Below, in pieces: positions 49,233-60,227 of a DNA stretch of 64,000 bases (position 1 is the stretch's first letter; every line of letters begins with the position of its first letter). Origin of the DNA: Cyanophora paradoxa CCMP329 (Eukaryota > Plantae > Glaucophyta); the NCBI GenBank assembly GCA_004431415.1, contig QPMI01000560.1, positions 186,001-250,000 of the forward strand, in the 5' to 3' direction. The translations under genes were made by a program, and so were the position numbers. The notes below the pieces were generated by a model. That model searched no databases. It saw nothing but the letters and a program-made list of their open reading frames with translations, and was not told the DNA's origin.

Positions 49233-51310
49233 ACATGCTTGACCGGCGAGCCGCGCCCCCGCCCGCCGCGCTCCCGCCGCGCCCGTCGAGCCGCGGCCGC
49301 GCCGCCGCTTGTCTCTCGAGCCTGCCGCCGGCTACATGGCGCCGGCATCGGTGCGCGAGGGCGGCTTGGCGCGGGCCGATGCAGACCAATACGGCAGATG
49401 CAGGAGCACTCCGCGGCCGAACACGACGTGCCCGCGCGTTAGCGGCTGCTGCTAGCACGCGAGGCGGCTGCTGCTATAGCTAGAGGCCAGACCCACGCGT
49501 CAGGGCTGCTGCTGCTGAAGCTCGGATCTGCGGTCGGCGGGCGCAGGGCGCCGACGGTCGGCCAAGCGGCCGCGGCGCGCGCGCATGCGCACCGGAAGGC
49601 GGCGTCGCGGGCGCCTACTACCGGCGCAGACGAACGTGCTTGTACAGGTTGTTCAGCAGCTGTAGGTGCTCTCCGAGGCTCCGCAACCCACAAATCTGCC
49701 CCGGCTGTGTCCGCATGGTGTCGAGCAGAGCAGAACTTCGCCACGGTCAGAGCATGGTGTTGCCAGTTGCATTCGGTCGGCGCCACGCCTCCGCCCAGCT
49801 GCAGATGTAAGCGCCGTACCAGCGCGCGAACGAAGTCTGCTGGGTACTGCAACACGATTTCGGCGCCAAACTCGCAGGAGCACTTTTTTCCGGCGCCTGG
49901 TACAACAGGTACTTGAGGCGGCCTAGCGCGCCACGCGCCACTTCTCGAGCCCGGACATGTATGACAGAGTTTGTAGAGCGCATTGAGAGCATTCAGGCGC
50001 ACGTGGTTTGGTGCAGATAGCGATAGCAGGTGCAGCGGCTAGGATGCGATCACACCTATACGAGAGCGCATGCAAAGAATCTCATCTTACAAAAATTGCT
50101 AACACAGAAAGTACGCCGCACCAACTCACCAGGGGAGCAAGGGAGGGGGTACCCCCCCTTGCAAAAACGCACCAGAAATGAGGGGGCTTGCAGTTGCTGA
50201 AAGATTAGTCACACTGAGTGCGGGTGCACCGGGGTCAGCGTCCCTAGCTATAGGCCTCCCGGTCAGCGATGCGTGAGGGGTAATGTGAAACGTTTGCCGG
50301 AGGGGGGCGGATGGGGAAATACGTACCTGGACGGCGATGGGAGGGGGGGTACATGAGCGGAGGGCGAAGGGGTAACTTCACCTTGATAGCTGCAGCTGGC
50401 CCGACATATGCATGGAGCTCGAGACTGATCTAGACATACCGGTCGCGGGGGCCCCACAGCGCCCCGCTGGCGATGGGTACAGCGAATTAGCGACGGGGTA
50501 CGAGATTGGGAGGGGCACCGGAGCGCTTGATCTTGCAGATCTTGGTGGTCGCACGCGTGGCTCGCAATGTAGCAGGCCGCGGCCGGGCCAAATTCAGCCA
50601 TGGCCATCAAGCTCGAGGGTGCGGACGTCAACCGTAGCGGACCCGAGCGCTCGTCTCCGATCTTGTGGCCCCAGCTGATACAGCACTCGCGGCTGCCTTC
50701 CGCTCGCACGATCTCGCACGTGTCGCCGCGCACGGATAAACGCCTCCTGCGGCCAGATAAAATTTGAATTCGGATCGATATCCGCGCGCCGCTGCATATA
50801 AAGAGGGACCGCAGTACCGATGCATATGGCGTTTTGCAGACCTAGTGAGACCCATATGGCGTCCCATCCATGAGGCGGCCGCCGCTGCGCATGCGTTCGA
50901 ATTCAAAATCCGCAGAGGAGCTCGAGATCTAGAGGCGCACATCGAACTCCGAACAGAGCGCCTTGTTGAGGATGGTCCGACGGATGTTGAGGATATCGAT
51001 GGTCTCAGCGCACGTCGACATGCCGATGAGCTGCGCGCCGCGTCGGCGCGCTTGTTAGCTTTAAAATTGCAATTGCTCGCGAGCGCGGGGATGCAGCGTA
51101 CCGTGGTTCGTCCGCGTCGACCAGCGGTGTGACCAGCGACCGCGTCGTGGCGGCTTGACAGGCCGGGTATACGTACCCGTCTTCTACCTTCTGGCAGGCT
51201 TCTGCTGCAGCGGGGCCGGGGCTCGGGTCCGCAGCGCTTCTGAGACACAGCTCCGCCCAGCGCTAGCGGCCTCGCCGACAGATCCAGCTCCGCCCAGCGG
51301 CCTCGCCGAG

Positions 51311-53049
51311 ATGGACGCGGCGGTGCCCGATGTCATTATCGGGCCGTCCAGCTCTGGTGCGCACTCCGCATCGGTTATCTGGTGCGCTTGAAGCGCTTTT
51401 GTTGGTCTGCCGGCACGCCGTGGTAACCGTAGCGCTCCGGATCCGCGCCGCGCGGCCGCGGACTTCAACGAGCAGGATGCACGGTTCGTTGGCTCATTTT
51501 TCGCGCTCTAAAAGTTATACGCCATGCCCATGCATATGCCAGCTGCTGCCGCATCGCTATAGCTAGAGAGGCACACGCGCATTGCGCAATAGCTAAAGCC
51601 CTGCGGTGCAGGCCTCTCTAAGCTCATAACGCGCAGACTTTGCTTGCCCTCTCAACACGATGCCGCATCGATCTGACCGGATGCACGTACAGGTCTGGGC
51701 GACACGGGCAGGGGCTGGTTGCCTGTGGTCAGGCGCCTGTCTGAGGAGATGCCGCACATCAAATTCAGTGCGCTCAAGAATTATTAAAGCTGCCGTGTTT
51801 CACATAACGTGAATGCACACTTTCCTGCAGTCCTACCGACTGCTGCCAAGAGGTCCAGCTTCGGCGCGAGCTCTCCAGTCGGTGTACCCGCGTCTAATTT
51901 ACGTAACCCCAGGAACATCACGGTCAGCGGGGGAGCCTCCATGCCCGGTACCCCTCCCACCCTCGTTCTCTTCCTCTGTCAGCCCTGACCGGTACCCCGC
52001 CCTCACTTATGCCAATCCTCCCCCCTCCCCCCCCTCCCCCTCCGGCCAGCGTGGTTCGGTGCGTCGCCTGTACCCCGGCCGCGAGCTGCGCTCAGAGCGG
52101 CACGGGGCCACGCAGACCTGCACGAGCGGGCGGCAGTGCCCTCGAGGGAGGACGAGGAGGGGGTCCAGGCCACCCGCCACCGCATCCTCGCCATGGTTCG
52201 CCGCTTCCCTCCCCCCCTCTTCCCCCCCCCCCATTCTTTTTCTCGCCCTGACGCAGGGCCAGGTCGATGCCGAGTGCGCGGCGTGCGGTATCCCCCCGGA
52301 GCGCGTCGGTGCGCCCGCGCCTCTCTGTTGCCGGCCGGCAGGCCTCACGGGCCGCCGCAGTCCTCGCCGGCTTCTCCCAGGGCGGCGGCGTCGCCCGTGC
52401 GCTATACCCCCTCTTCTCCCCCCTCCCTTCCCCCCCTCCCTCTCCCACTCCCCCCCTCCCCCCCCTCCCCTCCCCTCACGCGAGGGCAGTGTACGTGGGC
52501 CTGACGGCGGAGCGGACGCTGGGCGGGGTCCTCGGCCTCTCCTGCCGCCTCCCCGTCCCCCACACCCTCCCCGCCGTCCGCCCGCTTCCGCTTCCTCTGC
52601 TTCCGTGCACCTCCCGCCCCTGCTCAGCTCCCTCTGCTTGTTCGCAGGCGATACCGGGGGAGGAGGCGCGGCGGGGGATGCCCATCCTCCAGATCCACGG
52701 CGAGGACGGTCCGCCCCGCCTCCTCCTGCGGCTCGCTGGCGCGCCCTCGCTGAGTGCGGGGCCCGGGGGGGCAGACGGGGTGATCCCGCTGGCGTGGTCC
52801 CGGGCGACGCACGAGGCGGTCCGCTCCTGGGGCTTCTCCAGCGCCGCCATGAAGGCGCCCGCCCCGCCCCGCCGCGCCCCGCAGCCCGCCCCTCGCTCCG
52901 CTTCCATGCGCATCGAACCCTCTCGGCAGGTGTACCCGATGCTGGCGCACAGCATCGACGAGCGGGTGGTGGAGGACGCGAGCAACTTCCTGCGCACGCT
53001 CCTGCCCCCCATCTCGGGCTCGGGGGGCTCCGAGCGCGCCGGGAGGTAG
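51311..53049 (+). CDS. Acyl-protein thioesterase / phospholipase-carboxylesterase (APT1/LYPLA-like)
   Basis: Spliced: SVIWMHGLGDTGRGW, MPHIKF, LPTA, NITVSGGASMPAWFD, EDEEGV, GIPPERVVLAGFSQGG (nucleophile Ser), QIHGEDDGVIP (Asp), YPMLAHS (His). Confidence 0.9.
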
Positions 53050-54058
53050 CCGAAGCATCCGGAGATCGCTGGCGCTTGAATGAAGTATCGGAATGGCTCA
53101 GCAGGCTCGGCGGCTCGGCGGTGGGCGGGGTCCAAGGAAACGGGGGGAGGGGGGCGGAGGGGAGAGGAGGGAGGGAGCTCGAGGGAGAGGGGGGGGGGGA
53201 GGAGGGGGGAGGGGGGAGCGGGGGGGGGGGCCGAGGGCTCGAGCGCTGCTCGCTGCCGCATACGCAGCGCAAATGCAGGACCGTATCGCACGTGGGATCG
53301 ACCCCAGGGCATGATCATGATCATGATCATGAACGAGCTCGACTCTCCGGGGCTCGGCGAGCTCGAGCTCGAGCGGGCTTCCGCGATCGCTGATCATGAT
53401 GAGTGATGGCAGACGTACAAGTGCACGTGATCATGACTCGGTAAGGCCCGCAACATGTACGGTGTGTTTCCAAACTGATGCTCTCAGAGTCTTGATGCAT
53501 ATGGATCCAGACGTCGACTTCCAAGTTTGGATCCCCCGGAAGAAGTGATCTTCGAAGAATTTCGGAGTCCGACGGCCCCGAAGTTCTGTGAAATATTGTC
53601 ATTTCCGAGTTCCCCTGAGGCCCGGCGGCCCCCCGGGCCCGGGCCCCGGGCTCTGACGTCGACTGACTTAATGATCCGATGATCATCCGATGATCATTTG
53701 CCGCGGTGTGGTGCCGCAGTGCCACGGTGCGACACGCATCATGGGCGGTGTCACGGCGACGCCAATTGCAAGTTCAAGGATCATCGGATTGCCAAGTTGT
53801 CACCTGCCAACTTCGCAAGTTTAAGGCTAGCTGACTCAGTGATCACACTGCTGATCAGGACCTGAGGGCCTTTAATTTTGCCAATAATTGAACCCCTGGG
53901 CCTACAGCCAGCTGCCATCTGCATCTGCAGACGTGAATGTCGGCAGATCTAGAGCACTGCCCCGACGCCGATATCGCAGCCTCCTCTCCGACATCGCAGA
54001 GGCGCTCGATTTCAGAGTAAAGCTTCCGACAAAAAGGTACAATCGCAGAGGCGGGGGC

Positions 54059-57000
54059 TCAAGAGTCGGGGCCGGGGTCGGCGGGGCGGAGGCGGACGAC
54101 GGAGTAGGGCTTGCCGGGCTCGTCGAGGGCGAAGAGGGGCGAGGCGGCGAGGAAGGCCTGCGGGGGACGCGGCGGTCGGCGGGCCTTAAGCTTGCGCGGG
54201 AGGCAAGGCAAAGCGAAGCAGAGGGGCACCTGGAGGGCGAGGCGGCCCGGGTGGAGCTCGGCGAAGGGGCGCCCGGCCTCGGCGAGCACGCGGTTGCCCA
54301 GCGTCGCCACCGGCAGCGAGCCCCCCGCCGAGACGACCTGCAGGGACCCCGCCTCAGCTGCCGCCCTGGCGGGGGCGGGGGCGGGGGCGGGGGCGGGCGC
54401 ACGATGCCCTCGAGGAGAGCCGCCAGCTCCGCCTCGCTGCTGCTGCCGCCCCCGCCCGCCCCCGCCGGCACAGCCGGCCCCGCGCCCTGCGCCCCGCCGG
54501 CCGCCGACCCCGCCACCTCCAGCCGCGGCCGCCACTGCGCCTGCGCGCCGAAGGCCCCGCGCCCGTACCCGCGCCCCGGCCGCCGCCGGCGCCGCCGCGG
54601 GGCTGCCAGCCGCCGTGGCCGCCGCGGGGTGGGGCTGCTGGGCGTGCGCCCCCGCCTCGCGGCCGGCGGCGGCGCTCCGCTCGTCGGCCTCCGCCTCGTC
54701 GGCCCACGAGCGGCGCCCCGCCGGCGAGGAGGGCGGGGGCGCCGCGTCCAGCGCCCCCGACCTCCGCTCCGCCGCCGCCCGCTCGTAGGGCGAGCCCAGC
54801 ACCGGCTGGCCCGCCCCGAGGCCCCGGCCCCGGCCCCGCCCCGCCTCGTACCCGCCCCGCCCGCCCCCTCGTAGCCCCCGCGCGGCACGTAGCCCCGCGG
54901 GGGGCGTAGCCGCCGCGGGGGCGTAGCCACCGCGGGGGGCGTAGCCGCCGCGGCCGGCGGGCGGATGGTCGGGCTGGCGGGGCGGGGGGGCCGGGCGGCG
55001 GGGCCCCTCGACGGGCTCGTCGGCGGCCTCGGCCCCGGGCTCGGGGGGGGCGAGGCCCTCCTCCCGCCGCAGCCGCGCCATGTCCGCCGGGGAGCACTCC
55101 GTGTGGTTGAAGCGGCAGGCGGCCCCCAGCATGCACCGCTGGTACACGAAGTGCTTCTTGCACGGGAAGTTCTTCAGGTCTGCAGGCCGCCCGCCCCTCT
55201 CCGGGTCAGGCCTCCGCGCGGGCGGGCGGGGGGGGGAGCGCACCGTGGGCGTAGTAGCAGCTGGTGCCGAAGCGGCAGGAGCCAAACTTGACCATGTACT
55301 GGCACGGGCGCCGCGGGAAGCGCCCCGCCGCCCCCGCACGCGCCCCGGGCCCAGCCCCGCCCGCCCCCTCCTCGTCATCCACCTCCTCCTCCTCCTCCCC
55401 GTAGTCCTCGTCGTACCCCTCTTCCTCACCCGCTCCCGCCTCCTCCTCCTCCCCCTCGAAGCCGGCGTCGGGCTCCGGCGCCGGGCGGCCGGCGGCGCGG
55501 TGGGTGGCCTTCTCGGGGCTCGGGGCGCGGGGCGGGGGCGGGGCGGGGCGGGGACGGGCCCCGCGGGGGCGAGGCCGGGCGGGGGCGGGAGGTGGACGAA
55601 GCCGAGGGGGGCCCCGTGCACGGGGAGGGTGGTGACGGGCGCCGGCAGCGCAGCGCGCGCCGCCGGGTGCAGGGCGAAGGGGCACGGCACTGCGCGGCGG
55701 AGCACGAGGGTCAGGCAGGAAAGAGAGGGCGGGCGGGGCGGGGGGGGCGGGGCGGGGGGGCCCTCCCGGGGCCGCACGGACCAGGAGCCATGTCGTCCTG
55801 GATGAGGAAGTCGTTGGCGGCGCGCAGGCACGCCAGCAGCACCGCATACGCCGACTTGTCCAGCCCGAACTGAGGCCGGGCGGGTTGGGCGGGTGGGGCG
55901 GGGCGGGGCGGGGCGGGGCGGGGCGGGGGACCCCCGGCGGACCTGCTTGTCCTTCTGGTCGGAGTAGTTGGCGAGGAGGTAGACCGAGGACTCGTTGATC
56001 GCCAGCGCCTGCGCCGGCGTGCACGGACAGGGACCGGCGGGTGAGGCTGGGGGCGGGGGAGGGGGTCGGGCGGGGGGAGGGGGCGGACCTTGCAGACGGC
56101 GCGCACGCGGGAGCGGCGGGCCTCCTCCTCCTGCAGCAGGTCCCCGTGCGAGATCGCCACCACCGCCCGCCGCCCTGCCCCGCCCCGCCCCTCAGCCCCG
56201 AAGCCGAGCGGAAGGAGCCGGGGCGGGGGCGCGCGGTGGGTGAGGGTGACGGCGCGGTACTGGGCGGCGAGCTCCCGCATGACCTCCTCCCGGTAGGCGT
56301 CCGCCTCGGAGACGACGAAGAGGACGGCGTGGATCTTGAGCGCGGGGTCCGCCCCGGAGGCCTGCCCCGCCCGCTGCTGCTCGGCCGCCACGGACTGGAA
56401 GGTGACGCGCGGCTGCATGGCGTAGAAGGGCGGCATGGCGCCGTGCAGGAGCAGCGCGATCTCCTCCCCCTGGTAGGTCTTCGCGTCGAAGCCCCAGACG
56501 TCGCCCACCGTGAGGCGCAGCTGCTGCAGCTCCCGGTCCGGCAGCCTGCCCCCGCCCTCAGGCGCCGGCGCGGGGGCGGGGCTGGGCGGGGCGGACGCGT
56601 CGAGGGTGTAGCGGAAGAAGGCCTGGGTGACGTGCGCCGTGTCCCCGCCCACGACCGCCGGCGCCTTGAGCTCCGAGCTCACGCTCGTCAGCGCCGAGTT
56701 GAAGAACGCGCTCTGCGGGCGGCACTTGAGGCGGCGCTCCGGGGCAAGGGCCGGGGCCGGGGGTACACGGGCCTTGCCGGAGCCGGCGGGCCCGAGGAGG
56801 AGGATGTTGGCGCGGGGGGCGGCCCCCGAGGCCGGCCGCCACGCGAACGCGTCCCCCGTGAAGTCCTCTGCCCGCGTACCCCGTCGGCCCCGGGCGGGGC
56901 GGGCGGGGCGGGGCGGGGCGGCCCGAGGGGGCGCACGGAAGTCGAGCTGGAAGGCGTCGGCCTCGCAGGGGAGCACCCGGTCCGTCGCCCCGCACCGCAG

Positions 57001-58467
57001 CGAGTACTGCCCCGCCCAAGCCCCCTCAGCGCGGGCCGGGGGCCGGGGCGGGGCGGGGCGGGGGCGGGGCGGGACCTCGATGTACTCGGGGAGGGCGTCG
57101 AGGGCGGCGTGCAGGCCCCCCGACCCGCTCCCCTGCGCGCGCGCGCAGGCCTCAGCGATGGGGCGAGGCGAGGCGGGGGGGCGGGGCGGGCGGGGACCTT
57201 GGCGTAGAGGGTGGTGCGGAAGACGCGGGCCTGCCCGGGCTCCACCGCCCCGTCCAGCAGGATGCTCTGCGAGGCCGGGGCGTCGGGAGGCGCGGGAGGG
57301 ACGGGAGGGGCCGCCGTCACCTGCGTGCTGAAGTAGCCGTTCTCGCGGAAGACGAGCCGCGAGCCGCGCACGATCGCCTCCGCCCCCACGTTGTCGATCT
57401 GAGCGCCCGAGGAGGGTGAGCGCGGAGGGAGCGCGCGGAGGGGGGCGAGAGAGAGAGAGGCGCGCCCGGACTTGGACGGGCATGTCCTCGCCGATGCGCA
57501 TGCGGGGCCGGTCGGCGGCGTAGAGGCGCCCCGCCGTCACCCGCGCCAGCGCCTCGGCGTGCGTCTCGCCGAAGCAGGCGCCCAGGGCGGCGTGCAGCTC
57601 GGAGAGGGGGTACACGCGCTCCTCGCCCGAGGCGGCGCGGCGGAGGAGGGCGGCGTCGGCGTCCTCGCGCCCCGCCGCCTCGTCCAGCACCAGCACCGTC
57701 ACCGTCGCCCGCTTCTGCGAACGAAGGCTCAGCGCCTCGGACTGCGGCATAGAGCGGGCCGGGAAGGCGGGCGGGCCTCGCGCTTGATGCGCTCGGAGGT
57801 GTTGGGGAGGTGGATGGCCTCCGAGGCGGGGAGGCGCCCCCCAGTGAACACCCACACGTGCTTCGCGTGGTGCTGGTAGTCGCTGATCGAGAACTGGTAC
57901 CCCGCCAGCGAGAGCGCCGCCGAGAGCACGGGGCCGTCCCCGTCCCCGCTGCAGAGCGCTGCGCGGCGCCCCCGCGTGAGCGAGCGGCCGGGGCACGCGT
58001 CGCCGGCGGCGCGCACCCATGGAGCAGTTCTCGATCTCATGGCGGTCCGACGTGAGCCCGCGCAGCAGCTGCGGCTCTTCGCACACCGTGATGATGGCCA
58101 CCTGCGAGCGCGCCGGCGGAAGTCAAGGGAAATCGATCGGGGCTTGCGGGGGGCGCAGATCGCGCGCTGTACGGACCTGAGACTCCGGCGTGAGCTGTGC
58201 CGACAGCTGCGTGATGGCCAGGCGGACGCTGGTGAGGTCCTCGTCTTCAAGCGACGTGTCGCAGATGCAGACGCTGCGTCGCGAACGTGCAGCGTCAGTT
58301 CGGTCCGGTCGATCGAAATGAAACGAAAAGAGACGTAGAATCGCGTGTGATCGAAAACGGCCGGGCGCTCACACGTCGTAAGCCCTCGGCCGCGGCGGGC
58401 GCGGACGAAGCTGGCGCACGAGCTCCGCGCTAAGCGTCTGCCGGGCCTGCTGCTGCCAACCGCTCAT
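54059..58467 (-). CDS. vWA + IFI44-like P-loop GTPase + two CCCH zinc fingers + RGG + OST-HTH/LOTUS-like protein
   Basis: vWA: YDVVCICDTS, VAIIT, KHVWVFTGG. IFI44-type: NILLLGPAGSGK/SAFFNS, DVWG, IHAVLFVV, LANY, LRAANDFL. Zinc fingers: CQYMVKFGSCRFGTSCYYAH and CKKHFVYQRCMLGAACRFNH. YAPRGG repeats. Terminal GGSLPVATLG...L/AFLAASPLF. Confidence 0.75.
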
Positions 58468-58591
58468 CTCTCCTTCCGCAGCTTTGAGAAGAGCTATACG
58501 CCCTGACCGACCTATACTGCGGTCCTACTAGTGGTCTCGAAATTGCGTATCCTGGCCGCCGCGGCTCGCCGGGCTTGGCTTGGCTGGCTGG

Positions 58592-59869
58592 TCAAACGGC
58601 CAGCCGGTTACTCCCGCCTCAGTAGCGGGTCTGGGCAGCGACGACGGCCCTGCGAACCCATACATATCAGCTGAGCTAGCAGCCCAGGATGCCACCGTAT
58701 CGCAGCTTATTGAGGCGATCCGCGCACGGGCGGCGGCGAAGGGAGAGACGCCGTCGCTCGAACGCGACATCGCAGCCAACGTAGTTCGGCGGACAGGGAA
58801 CTGCACCCTGCAGTTCTCGCGGCCGTCTCTGTACGAGTTCGCCCGCCTGGCGGCCGAAGAGCTGGACGTCCGCCTCGTCTGGGGCGAGTCGGCAGCATAT
58901 TCTGGAAGCTTCGGCGCGCGCCCCCGGAAGGACACCCATCCATGGGTGGAGCTCGTCGGCGTTTCAGTATCAATCCAGCGAGACGACATTCAGCGCTGGG
59001 TCTCGCGTGCCCTGCAAGGGACGCGCGCGGCCGTGCGGTCGTGCCATGCGCGGTCCTCTCGGGAAGTCCCGGAGGTCCCGAACGGGACGTACACGGTTTA
59101 CCTCTCAGTGCTGCCCTCGCCGGACGAGCTGGCGCGGTGCTTCCCACCGTCGGTGGAGATGCGCGAACTCGACGCGTCCCTGCCGGCGGCGGACGGGGCG
59201 CTGCACTTCGGAGTCTGGTACAAGGGGCAGGAGAGGAGGCCTCTGCGGTGCTTCGGGTGCTCTCGCTTCGGGCACGCTGCAAAGCAGTGCCCGGCGGCGC
59301 GGCGCCCGCCTCGTCGGGAGATTGGAGGTGCGCGGCATGCTGTCTCCCCTGCGGGGGAGGCAGCGGCCGCCTCGTCAAGTGCCCCGGCGCCGCCCCAGGC
59401 GGCTCCGACGGCGGAGAACGCTGCAGCGGGGCTTGGGGGTGCCTTGGGGTCGCAGGTGGCTCGAGGGCCGCCGGCCGCCCCCTCGGGACCTCCTCCGGCA
59501 CCGGCGAAGGGGAAGGCGCGAGGCGGGACCTCTTCGGGCGCACGGCGCCCGGCGAAGGCGCCGCCGGCCGCGCCTTCGCCATCGTCGCCGCCGAAGACCC
59601 GCTCGGCGTCCAGATCAACACGGGCGCGGGAAGCTGGAACGGGGTCGTCCCCGGCGGCCGAGCTCAAGCGGCGGAAGGCGGCGAGGGCTGGGCCCGAGGA
59701 CGAGGACATGGAGGAACTATCTCCCCTGGAGAGGGACGCGGCCGAGGCCGCGGAACGCTTCATGCAGGAGTTATTCGGCGGAGGAACACCTTCCCCGCCT
59801 TCGGCCCCCTCTGTTTCGGAACCCTTTCGTCTTTCCGGGTTGAGGACAGGTTTTCTGAAGTCTAGATGA
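58592..59869 (+). CDS. Gag-like ORF1 with CCHC zinc knuckle (5'-truncated or non-ATG start)
   Basis: Intronless open frame of more than 420 codons. CX2CX4HX4C at 59249-59290. First in-frame ATG only at 59159. Confidence 0.75.
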   Translation, partial: SNGQPVTPASVAGLGSDDGPANPYISAELAAQDATVSQLIEAIRARAAAKGETPSLERDIAANVVRRTGNCTLQFSRPSLYEFARLAAEELDVRLVWGESAAYSGSFGARPRKDTHPWVELVGVSVSIQRDDIQRWVSRALQGTRAAVRSCHARSSREVPEVPNGTYTVYLSVLPSPDELARCFPPSVEMRELDASLPAADGALHFGVWYKGQERRPLRCFGCSRFGHAAKQCPAARRPPRREIGGARHAVSPAGEAAAASSSAPAPPQAAPTAENAAAGLGGALGSQVARGPPAAPSGPPPAPAKGKARGGTSSGARRPAKAPPAAPSPSSPPKTRSASRSTRAREAGTGSSPAAELKRRKAARAGPEDEDMEELSPLERDAAEAAERFMQELFGGGTPSPPSAPSVSEPFRLSGLRTGFLKSR

Positions 59870-60227
59870 GCACTAGTCTTTCTTCCTTTCTTGTATGACA
59901 GAGTTGTTTGCACCTATGGTCTAGCCGCTGTAGGCTTTCTGTGCCACCGCTACGTTTACTCCCACAGGCTTTTTCTCTGTCACGTCCCGCTTATCTAGTA
60001 AGTGGCCGTCCTTTGTTTCCACGAGATCTTCGAGAAGTCCTCCGAGGTAGAAGATCCGAAGTTGCAGTCGAGCTCGATGACTATATAGTTGGTCGTTGGC
60101 GCCGTTTGCATGCTTCCGCGCTGTAGACGTCCGGGCCTGTTTGCCTGGTTTGTGCTGAGAGCGTAGACTTTAAACCTTTTCGGTGTACAGTGGTGGTGTA
60201 CCCTGAATTGGAGCTGCCCCCCCCCCC
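58592..60227 (+). mobile_element. Non-autonomous Tx1/L1-like non-LTR retroelement (gag-like ORF1, ORF2 remnant, poly-C end)
   Basis: Flanked by the perfect direct repeat CTTGGCTTGGCTGGCTGG (58574-58591 and 60228-60245). ORF1 contains VWYKGQ..CFGCSRFGHAAKQC. The 3' end is a C11-12 run. Confidence 0.8.

Noticed and set aside
49439-50002. Cys/His-rich ORF resembling a THAP zinc finger
   Set aside because: Spacing is unconvincing and other frames look equally protein-like, so it was treated as decayed sequence.
50412-51132. Possible small + strand gene
   Set aside because: The fragments could not be spliced into a stop-free frame and show no recognisable motif.
5661-58467. PIN-helicase, NURR-repeat and IFI44-like genes as one defence cluster
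   Set aside because: They are 8-28 kb apart among unrelated housekeeping genes, with no evidence of co-regulation.
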